A stretch of DNA of 64,000 nt from Sedimentisphaerales bacterium. Its GTDB lineage: Bacteria; Planctomycetota; Phycisphaerae; Sedimentisphaerales; SM23-30. Within the stretch, counting starts at the first letter, position 1; each line of letters starts with the position of its first letter. The DNA lies in NCBI GenBank assembly GCA_963663805.2, contig CAXXMR010000012.1, positions 288,001-352,000 on the forward strand. Reading direction: 5' to 3'. A model generated the notes under the pieces. That model was not told where the DNA came from. It was given only the letters and a program-made list of their open reading frames with translations, and did no database searches. Positions 20,856-31,788 of this stretch are shown piece by piece. The position numbers and the translations under genes are program-made.

Positions 20856-21465
20856 TGTGAAATCTCCTTTCGCATTGCGAAAAATACTTTTCCAGTTTTC
20901 CAATACTACATACATAACCTTGCGGGCAATACGTGCTGGGTTTTATATAATCGGTAATTTATCTATCGCAACCGATTTATTTAACCACCCACCTTCTGCC
21001 CCTGTCCGGGATCCGACCGGCATAAGTTTTAAATGTCGCTCCCGAGACTCGCGTTTATTTTTTCACCGGTAAGGCCAACCCCCGCGGCATGACGCCCGCA
21101 TATTGACCACGGATAATCTCCTTGGTTGATATGTCAGCATCCTGATTGACCAACGGCGATCCCGGTGTTGAAAACCGCCGTCACTGCCTCTATGTATTTT
21201 TCTGGTCTTTCAATATTCCTTTATCGAACAGGTCTTTGTTGCTCTTATTATCGTATCGCGGCTTTATATATAGCAAGCCGAGCATCTTTGCCAGTAAAAA
21301 AATAGCGTTTTTTCGCTAAATACTTTATACGGAACAGGATTATCTAATATCCCGGACCTGCCAAAGACAATAATTCTATCGGCAAAATCACTCTGGTTCG
21401 TCCAGATGAATTCCCTGGCAATTGTCAAAACAAGGTTCTCAGCCCTGAAAAAGCAGATGCCTTAG

Positions 21466-22050
21466 TTACAGCAACCCTTCACCAAAACTCGACAGCCCGC
21501 TGTGGCCATCATCATCATCTTCTTCATCATCTTCATTATCAGCAACGGAGTCTTCCGCCAGTTGCTCAGGACGGGACGATTCGTGGCTTGGTTTACCATC
21601 ATCGTGGTCATGGTCGTGATGAGGATACATATCTTCATAGTCATCACCCAGCTCTGTGGGCCGATAGCCCGGCTGTTTCGACCTTTCAACTTCTTCATGG
21701 TAGGCTTCAACTATGGCAGTTTGAATAGCTTCTCTTGCCTGGCTGTTTACGGGGTGGGCTACGTCGGCGTGTAGTTTGGTGCGACCGTCACTGCCGCGGT
21801 TGGCGCGATTTTCGTTAAGATGCCCACCACAATCGCCGCAGAACTTTGCGCGAAGGTGGTTTTTCGAGCCGCATGAGGGGCACCTGTCGGTTAATTTTCT
21901 TGAGGGCATGGCGACGAAATATCCGCCGGCCCCCTCGATAATCTTTAAGTCCCTGACAACAAAGTCGTTGTCGAAAGTTACCGAGCAAAAAGCCTTGAGT
22001 CGGTCCGTTCGGTTTCCTACAAGTTTGATGCGAATTTCAGATATCTGCAT
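21466..22050 (-). CDS. spoVG: SpoVG-family protein with zinc-ribbon insertion and acidic tail
   Basis: MQISEIRIKL, LKAFCSVTFDNDFVVRDLKIIEG, FVAMPSRK, DVAHPVN; likely start is the ATG at 22050. Confidence 0.9.
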   Translation of the reverse strand: MQISEIRIKLVGNRTDRLKAFCSVTFDNDFVVRDLKIIEGAGGYFVAMPSRKLTDRCPSCGSKNHLRAKFCGDCGGHLNENRANRGSDGRTKLHADVAHPVNSQAREAIQTAIVEAYHEEVERSKQPGYRPTELGDDYEDMYPHHDHDHDDGKPSHESSRPEQLAEDSVADNEDDEEDDDDGHSGLSSFGEGLL

Positions 22051-22978
22051 GGTGCACCTCCAGGATTGGTTGTGCGAGGTCCAGGAATCGTACCACCTGA
22101 CTCCGTGCCAGGTTGTTGTCATTTAAGAGGTTAGCCCATTCTTGGGCCTGTTCTTGCGAGTCTGTTGTGCAGTAGAGACAACTGCCGCTGCCGGAAAGAT
22201 TCAATGGGCCAATGCCGGTGTTCTCGATGTCTTTCCAGAGTTTATCCAGCTGGGGATTGTGTTGGAGGCATGGTTCGGTGAGGCTGTTTATCTTCTGTAT
22301 TACCAAGCCGTTAAGGTCGCCGTATTGCAGATGATACTGTACCCGGCGGAACAAGTCTGCGGTGATATTCTCCTGATGCTGATACCTTCTATATACCTCA
22401 ACCGTAGAGCAGTGAATTTCGGGTAAGATTAGTAGTAAGAAGCGGTTACAGGTATGGGGGATGTTCATTACTTTTTCACCGCGGCCGGTGCAAAGGGCGA
22501 CAGGACCCTGGAGAAAAAATGGTACGTCGCTGCCGAGTTGGGCTGCCAGTTCTGACAATTGTTCTATTGATAAGTCAAGGTTGTAAAGATAGTTAAGGCC
22601 GTAGAGACATGCGGCTGCGTCACTGGAGCCTCCGCCGAGGCCTGCTCCTGAGGGGATAATTTTTTCGAGGTGAATATCTACCGCCAAGGGGGTTTTGGTT
22701 GCGTCACTGATGATTTGAGCGGCTTTATAAACAAGATTTTCCGGGCCCGATGGGGTTTCTAAGCCACTGCAAGTTAAAGAGATACCAAGTTTGTTGCTGC
22801 GAGAAACAGAGATATTATCACAAAAATCGACGGTGGCCATTACGGTGTGGATTTCGTGGAAATTATCGGGGCGGCGGTCGAAGACGATTAGGGAAAGATT
22901 GATTTTGGCAGGTGCGCGCAGGGACAAACTGGTCGGTTGGGCCTGTAATGAACACTTACTCATCAGGGATGTCTGCAT
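22037..22978 (-). CDS. ispE: 4-diphosphocytidyl-2-C-methyl-D-erythritol kinase
   Basis: APAKINLSL, GAGLGGGSSDAA, LGSDVPFF and LSGSGS motifs. Confidence 0.96.
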   Translation of the reverse strand: MQTSLMSKCSLQAQPTSLSLRAPAKINLSLIVFDRRPDNFHEIHTVMATVDFCDNISVSRSNKLGISLTCSGLETPSGPENLVYKAAQIISDATKTPLAVDIHLEKIIPSGAGLGGGSSDAAACLYGLNYLYNLDLSIEQLSELAAQLGSDVPFFLQGPVALCTGRGEKVMNIPHTCNRFLLLILPEIHCSTVEVYRRYQHQENITADLFRRVQYHLQYGDLNGLVIQKINSLTEPCLQHNPQLDKLWKDIENTGIGPLNLSGSGSCLYCTTDSQEQAQEWANLLNDNNLARSQVVRFLDLAQPILEVHHADI

Positions 22979-23101
22979 GTTGCTGAGTCTCGGCTCGCCT
23001 GCACATAAATTCCTGCTGTGAAACGAGTTGTTGCTTTGCCATCAAGATGTCGGCCTGGAACAGCCGCAAAAGACACCTTCAGGCACGGGTCTTATTCTAG
23101 T

Positions 23102-23129
23102 ATTCTAAGCTGGATGGCTCCAATGTCAA
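23102..23129 (-). promoter_or_regulatory. Candidate sigma70 promoter of ispE-spoVG
   Basis: Minus strand TTGACA-N16-TAGAAT. Confidence 0.5.
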
Positions 23130-23319
23130 GCAGAGAATATTATTCAAATACGCGGTGGTGGTGGGGCGGAATGTGATGAAAAATCCGCGCGAAAGGGCCT
23201 GAACGGTCGTTTTTTGACGATTTTTTGACAGTTTTTTTGCGAAAATTCGTGTTTTTTTGAGTTTTTGGCGTTTTTTTGGTAAAAAAGGAGCCGGAAAATG
23301 TACCGGACACCGTTCCTCA

Positions 23320-24566
23320 TTACCATTCGTTTTTCATTATTTCTCTTAGCACGGTTGTCGCGTAGCAGCCTGAATCGAGCTCGAAATCCACCTGCACAAA
23401 TTTACTATGTTCATCTATTCCGCACTCGACTTTCACATTCCGCGGCTGAAAGCGTAAAGGCCGCCTGCCGCCCTGGCTGTAATAATAGTTCAGTTTCTCG
23501 AATTCGCTCGACTCCAGCTCCACCTCCGCCAGTATCCGGTTCTCCACCTCACCAGCCGGGCCGGTAACCTCGGTCATCCGTTTGCCCATTAGCGGCCCGG
23601 TCGGCGAAATTTCGAACCGCTCACACCGCGGCTGCTCCGCTATCGCGTCCTCCACATGGAAGCAGGCTCCGTTACGGTGCAGATAAGCCACATCACCTTC
23701 CAGTATCTTATCAATCCCCGGCATACGGCCGGCCACAATCTGATTGAACACATCCGACTGAAACGCTGAGACAAAAAACCTCTTAATATCCTTACTCAGA
23801 ATTTTATACGCCTTGGCCTTATTTCCGCCGTTTTTGACCAATGCCCGTAAAAGCCGTCGATGGTCCGGGAAGCTGCCCGGCCAGGCATCATGGGCCCGCT
23901 GATAATCACCCTGCTCATACAGTCCTCGCGCCACCAGCGTCACCGAACGGTCCCCCGCAATCGGCATTCCCAAATAGAGGTCCATAAACTGTTCCGGCGC
24001 ATCCCGAATAATCATCCACCCTAACAGCGCCGAGTCACCCCGCTGGCCGAACCGCTGCGGGCCAAAATAATTCGGCACCCCGCGCCGCACCATAATTTCC
24101 ATTATTGCCTGAGTTCTGTCCGCGGCCTCTGTCGCCTCGCCGTCAAATTCCCTCAGCCGAATCGCAAACTTATTAGCCGCCAGATGCCCCACTTTCAGCT
24201 TATTGCCATGCCGTGTAACTTCCAACACCTTAATCCCCGGCACCTCAAGCCCCGCCAGGGGCCTCCGGGTCGATATGTTCGATTGATATCCACTGCCGGG
24301 TCACCGCCCGGGTATCTTTGCGTCCGGCGTATCCGATTTGATGCCGACGCACCTTCAGCGCCCGGGCGATACGCTCCAAAGCATCCACCGTCGCCATCAG
24401 CCTCTTTTCGATAAACCCGTAAACATGCGTACCTTCCCCCGCTCAGTTCATATCTGCCCACTTCCTCAACATAAAAATCTTCCGGGTGAACCTTCAGCCG
24501 CCCCCCGATCCCCTCCACATCGCTGGTTAAATAAGGCAGCCTGTCCGAATATTCTTCAATGCTCAT
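23320..24566 (-). CDS. truD: tRNA pseudouridine(13) synthase TruD, two apparent +1 frameshifts
   Basis: PEDFYVEE, YAGRKDTRAVTRQW (recovered in a third frame), NKLKVGHL, PNYFGPQRFG, GCYATTVLRE; extra bases in the C5 run at 24436-24440 and the G4 run at 24258-24261. Confidence 0.9.
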
Positions 24567-24856
24567 AACACTCCCATTCAATAGTCTTTCACACCATAAC
24601 CGCCTGTTCTCTCCCCGTCAACCCTCATGCCATGTTGTTCACTTATGGGCGTGTTGCTCAAACGTTCAATTATATCATCAACCGCGAAGACCAGAGGCCT
24701 TGCTGCGCAAGAAGGTGCGTGTCGCACTGATAAATCGCCGCGGTAGTTTGGGGGTAGCGGCGCTCCCGCTGGCTTTTAATCAATCTTGCAATTTAACCAA
24801 AAATCTGCTAAAATACTTTTCTGCGTACAGGATGCCCAGTAACCAGGAGTACTATC

Positions 24857-25750
24857 ATGACTAACCCTCCTCGGAGAATAGGAATAATTGGCGGTTCAGG
24901 CCTGGGCCAGGCCCTGACCGAGAGAACTGCTTCCGGCTACGAAAATGTCGTTGAGACTCCTTTCGGCACTCCTTCTTCGCCCATTATCACCAGCGAACTG
25001 GATGGCGTTCCCATCGCCTTCCTCGCCCGCCATGGTCCAGGCCACATGCTCAACCCCTCAGTAGTACCCTACCAGGCCAACATCTACGCCCTGCGTGAAC
25101 TCGGCTGCCGCCATGTTATCGCCAGCGGCGCCTGCGGCTCGTTACAACAAGACATCCACCCCCGCGACCTGGTTATCGCCGACCAGGTCATCGATAAAAC
25201 CTTCAAACGTCCTAATAGTTTTTTCGACGGCCACCTCGCCGTCCACGTCGATTTTGCCTACCCGTTCTGCGATTCACTCCGCACCCTGCTTATTGACACC
25301 GCTGGCAAACTCAACCTCAAAGTCCACGGAAAAGGCACCTACGTTTGTATGGAAGGCCCCCAGTTCAGCACCCGTGCCGAATCACTGCTCCATCAAAGCT
25401 GGGGTGCACATCTCATCGGCATGACCTGTATGCCCGAAGCCAAACTCGCCCGCGAAGCCGAAATGTGTTACGCCCTGGTCGCCCTGCCCACCGATTATGA
25501 CTGTTGGAAACCCCACACCGGTTCGACCGACAAGCACGCTCTCATGACCGAAATTATAGGTAACCTTCAAGCCGCCACCGAAAACGCCGTCACCCTCATC
25601 GAAGCCGCTGTCAAAGCTGCCGCTCCATTGCTCGGCCAGACCTGTCAGCACCATAACGCCCTCGAACTGGGCATCTGGTCAAACAAAGATTCCATCACCG
25701 ACCCAACCTGGCATAAATTAAAAATGTTAATCGAACCATATGTCTTCTAA
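24857..25750 (+). CDS. mtnP: S-methyl-5'-thioadenosine phosphorylase
   Basis: GIIGGSG, TPFGTPS, LARHG, MEGPQFSTRAES, IGMT and TDYDCW motifs. Confidence 0.92.
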   Translation: MTNPPRRIGIIGGSGLGQALTERTASGYENVVETPFGTPSSPIITSELDGVPIAFLARHGPGHMLNPSVVPYQANIYALRELGCRHVIASGACGSLQQDIHPRDLVIADQVIDKTFKRPNSFFDGHLAVHVDFAYPFCDSLRTLLIDTAGKLNLKVHGKGTYVCMEGPQFSTRAESLLHQSWGAHLIGMTCMPEAKLAREAEMCYALVALPTDYDCWKPHTGSTDKHALMTEIIGNLQAATENAVTLIEAAVKAAAPLLGQTCQHHNALELGIWSNKDSITDPTWHKLKMLIEPYVF

Positions 25751-25774
25751 ATAAGCAGTATCCAGGACCATGCC

Positions 25775-27139
25775 ATGCAGGAACCAATCCTCTCTTCCTA
25801 CGGCCAACTTTCATTAACCCCTTCACCAGTTGCGGCCATGATGGCGGATTTCTCTAGAGACTTCCGGCCCGGTCTGGACATCAACCTTGGTGTCGGCTAT
25901 GTCAACGAGGAAACCATCCCTCGCCAACTCATCTCCGACTCACTCAACTATGTCCTCCAGAACCCCGACAAACACCCCCATGCGCTAAATTACGGCGACC
26001 CTGCCGGTTCAGCCCGGCTGATTAAGAGTATCGGCGACTATCTCATCCGCGAGAAAATCGGCCAACTCACTTGCGACATCCTCGATACCAAACGCATCAT
26101 CGTCGGAGCCAACGGAGCGACCAGCGTACTCGACGCCCTCGCCTCGGTTCTGCCCAAAGGTATCGTTATTACTACCGACCCCATTTACTTTATCTACAGC
26201 AACGCCCTCGAACGTGCCGGCTTTGAGATTCTGGCCCTGCCCGAAGACGACCACGGCCTCGACCCTCAGATTTTTCGCAAAACCATTGATTCCCTCGGTC
26301 CGCGTACCGAAGAAATAAGTTTCATTTACATCATTACCGTTAATAACCCCACTTCGGTCATCCTTTCCAGCTCCCGCAAACAACAGCTCGTTACTCTCGC
26401 CGCCGAACTCTCTCAGAAACTGAATCGCAAAGTACCCATCATCTTCGACCGAGCCTACGAAGACCTCATCCACGACCCCGAAGTACCCGAACCGGACTCC
26501 GCCCTGCTCCACGACCGGCACGACCTGGCCTACGAGCTCTCATCACTGTCCAAAACCCTGGCCCCCGCTTTTCGGCTCGGCTACCTCGTCGGACCCCGCG
26601 GACCGCTCATGGGACACCCTCATCCAGAAAGCATCCGACATCGGCTTCTCCGCCCCGCTCATCCTCCAGGAAATGGCCGCTTATCTGCTCGACCATCATC
26701 TCACCGACCAGATTGGCCGGGTCAAAAAAGCCTACCGCGAAAAAGCGTTAGCCACTAAAAAACTTATCGAAACCCATCTCGGCCCCCACCTTGAAGATTG
26801 TCGCGGCGGACAAGCCGGATTCTTCTATTACCTCACCTTGAACAATACCGACACCACACCCGGCTCACCCTTCTTTAGATACCTGTCCCGCACCACCGGC
26901 AACCCCGAAATCGACGGTCCCGCTAACTGCAAAGCCCCCGCGTTGTTTACATCCCCGGTCAATTCTGTGTCCACCGCCACGGCAGCCAGACTCACCTTGG
27001 CCAAAGACAAATACGCATCTCCTACGCCTTCGAAGAACTCCCTCAGATTCAAGCCGCGCTGCCCCTAATCGCCCAGGCCCTCAGCTACGCCCAGGAATCA
27101 TCCCAGCGTTCACAACGAGCAACCCCCATGGTGAAATAA
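25775..27139 (+). CDS. Class I/II PLP-dependent aminotransferase, two apparent frameshifts
   Basis: NNPTS, DRAY, SLSKTLAPAFRLG (PLP Lys); frame restored by removing a G at 26611-26613 and adding a C at 26935-26939, ending IRISYAFEE...VK* at 27139. Confidence 0.82.
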
Positions 27140-28730
27140 ATGACCATTAACCGCAGAGATTTCATCACAGACTCTTTCGCCGCTTTACTATCGTTAAGCA
27201 TTTATAATCACACCTCCGCCTCGTCTGCTAAATCAGAAAAACCTAATATCCTTTTCTGTATTGCCGACGATGCCTCATATCCTCACCTGAGTGCCTACGG
27301 CTGCCAATGGATTAACACACCGGCTTTCGATCGCGTCGCCCGGCAAGGAATTATTTTCACCAATGCTTATACCCCCAACGCTAAATGCGCCCCTTCCCGC
27401 GCTTGCGTACTCACTGGCCGAAATTCCTGGCAGCTCGAACAAGCCGCCAACCATCTGCCCAACTTCCCCCAAAAATTCATTACCTACCCCGAAACCCTAA
27501 AGGCACAAGGCTATCACGTCGGCTATACCGGCAAAGGCTGGTCGCCCGGCAACCCCGGCACGGACTCAACCGGCACACCCCGTAACCTTTGCGGAACTCC
27601 TTACCTTCAGCACAAAACCACCCCGCCCACCAGCGGCATTTCATCCTGTGACTACGCCGCGAATTTTCAAGTCTTCCTCGATGACCGCAAAGACAACCAG
27701 CCTTTCTGCTTCTGGTACGGCGGACACGAACCCCATCGCCGTTATGAATTCAATTCAGGCCGCGAAAAAGGCGGCAAGGAAATCGCCGAAATTGATAAAG
27801 TTTTCGATTTTTGGCCCGACAACGAAACCACCCGCACTGACCTGCTCGACTATGCCTATGAAATTGAATATTTCGATTCCCACCTCCAAAAGATGCTCCA
27901 GACACTCGAACAAAGAAACCTGCTCGATAACACCATCGTCGTGGTAACCGCCGACAACGGCATGCCCTTCCCCAGAATCAAAGGCCAGGAATACGAATAC
28001 TCCAACCACCTGCCCCTGGCTCTCATGTGGAAAAACCAACTCGCTCAACCCGGCCGAATCGTCTCTGATTACGTCAGCTTCATTGATTTTGCGCCGACTT
28101 TTATCGAGCTTGCCGACATTAAACCAGAACAAAATAAAATGCAGCCGATTCAGGGCCGCAGCCTTACCGATATTATCTATTCAACCAAAACCGGCCAGGT
28201 AAATCCCAGCCGCGACCACGTCCTCATCGGCAAAGAAAGGCACGACCCCGGCAGACCCAACAATGCAGGCTACCCCATCCGCGGTATTGTCCAGCAGCCT
28301 TACCTTTATATCCAAAACTTTGAAACTGACCGCTGGCCCGCTGGAAACCCCGAAACCGGATACCTCAACTGCGACGGCAGCCCCACTAAAACGGTCTGCC
28401 TCCAGGCCTGCAATAAACCCGAAGAACATAAGTACTGGCAATGGTCGTTCGGAAAACGCCCCCCAATATGAGCTTTACAATATCAAAGAAGACCCCGACT
28501 GCCTTAACAACCTCGCCGAACTGCCCAAATTTGAGAAAACCAGAGAAACCCTCCAGAATCGCCTGTTCAAGGAACTCAAAGAACAAAATGACCCCAGAAT
28601 GCAAGGCAAGGGCTATATCTTCGACGAATATAAATTTCACAAAAAGAGACTTCAGGATTTATACGAAAGATTTATGGCTGGAGAAGAAATCGATACCTCA
28701 TGGGTAAACGATTCTGATTTCCCAAAATAA
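27140..28730 (+). CDS. Tat-exported sulfatase, one apparent frameshift
   Basis: NRRDFI Tat motif, [16 protein letters not shown] formylglycine motif; extra C in the C6 run at 28459-28464 joins to [10 protein letters not shown]. Confidence 0.9.
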
Positions 28731-28731
28731 T

Positions 28732-29283
28732 CTAATCTTCTCCGCCTCGACTTTTGGCTTCACGTCGGGAAAGCGTAATCAGCAGCAGAACTACCCCCAC
28801 GCATAGCCATGCGTCAGCCAGATTAAAGGTCGGCCAGGGGTGGCAAGGCCAAAAACCTAAATCAACTTCCAGAAAATCCACTACCAGCCCACCATTAAAA
28901 ATCCGGTCATGCATATTCCCCAAAGCTCCGCCCAAAATCAGCCCCAACGCCAAATGGCAAACGTGATTTTTCTTTTCCGAACTAACGAACATCCACCCCA
29001 CAAAAACCAAAGCCGCCAAAGACGCACCCAGTAGCAGCGCTGTCTTGCCCGCCCCCAGACCTGCCACCGCTCCGGGATTCTCAACCAACGCCAACCGAAA
29101 ATAACCTTCTATCAGAACCCGCGGCTTAGGTGCCTCCACAGTGCCCAGCGACGATACCGCCCAGTGCTTACTGGTCAAATCACTCACCAAAGCCGCCGCA
29201 CCTGCCAGCCCGAACCATAAATGAGCCCCCGGACTCTTCAATGCTGAATTGCCCCAGTCGATACTACCGGAAGTCTTGCCCAT
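28732..29283 (-). CDS. lspA: Lipoprotein signal peptidase
   Basis: ENPGAVAG, GGALGNMHDR, VVDFL and FNLAD motifs. Confidence 0.95.
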   Translation of the reverse strand: MGKTSGSIDWGNSALKSPGAHLWFGLAGAAALVSDLTSKHWAVSSLGTVEAPKPRVLIEGYFRLALVENPGAVAGLGAGKTALLLGASLAALVFVGWMFVSSEKKNHVCHLALGLILGGALGNMHDRIFNGGLVVDFLEVDLGFWPCHPWPTFNLADAWLCVGVVLLLITLSRREAKSRGGED

Positions 29284-29292
29284 AACCGCTCC

Positions 29293-29328
29293 AAAAAAAA
29301 GCAGGCCGGCATTTACGACCGTCCTGCT
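29293..29328 (-). terminator. Terminator-like hairpin between the dksA-like gene and lspA
   Basis: Minus strand AGCAGG...CCTGCT followed by a T run. Confidence 0.55.
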
Positions 29329-29358
29329 CTATCAGCTAACATTATATCGCTTATTACC

Positions 29359-29907
29359 TCAGTCGTTGACCTCAACGGCCTCTTCGTCCTCTTCATCCTG
29401 AGAATCTCTAAGGAAGTCGTCATTGCCACTGGGAGGTTTGACCAGACCTTTCTCGATCTTATTCATGTGCTCTACCGTATACCTAGCCCAGGGCTTGGCA
29501 TTGAGCCTGGGCCTGCCTATGAACTGCCCCGTACTCTCACAAAGACCGTAAGTTCCCTCGGCCATCTTTGCTAAAGCACGGTCAATATCGGTCAGAATCT
29601 TGCGGTCACTGGCAATCAGGTCCAGAGTGAACTCCTGCTCGTAATTATCGGTACCAATATCAGCCATATGGATAGGCATACTGGATAAGTCGCCCGAACC
29701 GTCATGGCCTTTACGCAAAGCGCCCAGGTTCATAAACCCAACATCGCCAACGATTTCACGACGTTTGGCAAGTAGCATTTCCTGAAACTGCTCGATTTCT
29801 TCCAGACTCAAAGGAGCCTCTATCTCCTTTGAAATCGGAGGCTTACGTCTAGTCGTCCGCTTAGGGCTAACCTTCTTGGGAGAATCATTCTTCTTTGGTG
29901 CTGCCAT
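29359..29907 (-). CDS. DksA/TraR-family RNA polymerase-binding factor
   Basis: HMADIGTDNYEQEF coiled-coil tip; GTYGLCESTG...RLNAKPWARY. Confidence 0.88.
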   Translation of the reverse strand: MAAPKKNDSPKKVSPKRTTRRKPPISKEIEAPLSLEEIEQFQEMLLAKRREIVGDVGFMNLGALRKGHDGSGDLSSMPIHMADIGTDNYEQEFTLDLIASDRKILTDIDRALAKMAEGTYGLCESTGQFIGRPRLNAKPWARYTVEHMNKIEKGLVKPPSGNDDFLRDSQDEEDEEAVEVND

Positions 29908-30294
29908 TTCATAAATCCATATAATAAAAACAGTTACAACCAGTACGACAAACTGCTAAAATGCCCAACCAGCCACAGCAGGTCTACAGAATCATAGCCA
30001 GACATTAGTTCTGGTCAAGCAAAAGGAGTTGTGCGAACCATATTTTCCTACCATCTATCGGTAAGATAACAACTTGTCTACAGCCTTAATCGCACAGAAC
30101 AGCATTCAACTGTAGTTCAATCTGCTTTTTTTACCTCTTAAAGCTGCCAATCCCCCCGGCATTAGTGGCCCGAATCATCCTCTCCTAACAACCGACATAT
30201 TCCGCCCAGTTTTACATCCCCGCAATGCCACCATAACTATCTAACAACACAAATGTTATAAGAATGAACCTTTATATCATCCTTTTATTGCTCA

Positions 30295-30310
30295 GGGCAC
30301 AATCTTTGCG
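30295..30310 (+). promoter_or_regulatory. Candidate sigma54 (-24/-12) promoter
   Basis: GGGCAC-AATCT-TTGCG matches GGCAC-N5-TTGC, shortly upstream of the small lipoprotein ORF. Confidence 0.45.
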
Positions 30311-30327
30311 ACTTTTACCCACGAATA

Positions 30328-30702
30328 ATGCTAAACCCAAGGAGTATCAGCATGCACAAAGTAACCGCCTCGACCTTTTTGATAATCGCTTTATGCGTAA
30401 TTGCTTGTGGATGCAATACTTATAAATCAGACCCCGGCCGCAGCCTCGCTCAATCATCATACAATCCCGATATTATTTTCACCCCCAACCACAAAAATTA
30501 CCACCCCGATAACTTTATCTCGCAGCTGCCCACCCGTAACACCTGGCCCCGCGACCGCAGCCAAAGCGACATAAACACATATCAAATAACCAGATACCAC
30601 GAACTATTCGAGAATCGCCTTGATACCAGTAACCCCGCCCGGCCCAAAAGAAGGCTAAAACAGTCAATTTCCGGAGAAAGATTCAACATTACGGTCCGGT
30701 AA
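30328..30702 (+). CDS. Small hypothetical lipoprotein (start probably the ATG at 30352)
   Basis: AAGGAG RBS before MHKVTAS; hydrophobic stretch ending IACGC. Confidence 0.6.
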   Translation: MLNPRSISMHKVTASTFLIIALCVIACGCNTYKSDPGRSLAQSSYNPDIIFTPNHKNYHPDNFISQLPTRNTWPRDRSQSDINTYQITRYHELFENRLDTSNPARPKRRLKQSISGERFNITVR

Positions 30703-31287
30703 GTTTTTTCTGCTAACCGTTTCTCCAAAAAATACTTACAAAAAATATTTTTTTTGGGGGCCCGTCCCCAATTCCCACTCTAATCCTCTAAGTGCATAAC
30801 TCGCTAATATCAAAATACTTACATTTATTAGCCCCATATCCCCTCATGGTCGGCCTTAAAAAAACTGACCGGCCCGCCCCCTCGCCCAAGCCCTAACCCC
30901 TTGCATCATAACTTTATCCATAGTATAATGTTATGACCAATATCCTTTTGGCCGATTATGTATACTGGCCAGGAGGGTTTCGTGCCCCAGGGCCGCATGA
31001 TACAGAGTTTTTTTGTTGTTTAAGTACATCATAGTTGGGTTTTTCGGAGCTGCCCGGTCTTCGTTAAGGTCCGCTGGATGAATACAAAACGTTCATAAGG
31101 TTTTTTTGAAAAAGGGCTTGACGTTTTATAACCCTGATACTAAAGTGAAATACGTTCGTGCCGGACTACGGCGGCAAATATCACAATTGTTTCTTATCAA
31201 GGGTTTAATTTGGCTCATGGCACGTTTGCCGATGTGGCAGTTCCGGGCAGTAACAGTGCAGGCCCAGTGATTTTGGAGAGGTTCCAA

Positions 31288-31602
31288 ATGGCGACCATCA
31301 CGAAAAAAGAGTTGATTGATCGGATTTCTGAAAAGACCAACAATAAAAGAGTTGTGGTCAAAAAGGTTATACAGGCCTTTCTCGATGACATCATCGAAGA
31401 GCTTGGCAGTGATAACCGCTTGGAATTCCGTGATTTCGGTGTGTTCGAAACCAAACAAAGAGCAGCTCGAGTAGCCCAGAACCCCAAAACCCTCGAAAGG
31501 GTACAGGTTCCGCCCAAACGCACCGTTAAGTTTAAGGTTGGTCGGCTTATGAAGCTCCGCCTGCAGCAGGAGGACGAAAAGGACTTCGGCAAACAGGGCT
31601 AA
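31288..31602 (+). CDS. HU/IHF-family DNA-binding protein
   Basis: TKKELID, LEFRDFGVF, AQNPKT and VKFKVGRLMK motifs; start MATIT at 31288. Confidence 0.93.
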   Translation: MATITKKELIDRISEKTNNKRVVVKKVIQAFLDDIIEELGSDNRLEFRDFGVFETKQRAARVAQNPKTLERVQVPPKRTVKFKVGRLMKLRLQQEDEKDFGKQG

Positions 31603-31739
31603 GCCCATTTGCAGTCTTTGGTCTTCGACAAAACGATTCTGAGCCTGAACTCTCAGAATCGTTCCTGGTATAACAGCCCATCGGTATCTGGTGCAGAGGC
31701 AGGCTGTTAGAGGATTTGAAAATTTATGTGAGGATAGCT

Positions 31740-31788
31740 GGCCGCCGATCTGGGTTGGCCGGTTTCGTAGGCGGCCCCGTTTTTTTTG
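31740..31788 (+). terminator. Terminator-like hairpin downstream of the HU/IHF gene
   Basis: GGCCGCC...GGCGGCC followed by a long T run. Confidence 0.5.

Noticed and set aside
24645..24780. GGGCGTGTTGCTCAAACG resembling an IS5-type terminal repeat
   Set aside because: No partner inverted repeat or transposase remnant found.
23320..28730. Programmed frameshifting or phase variation in truD, the aminotransferase and the sulfatase
   Set aside because: Runs are only 3-6 nt, occur in unrelated genes and shift in both directions; sequencing error is simpler.
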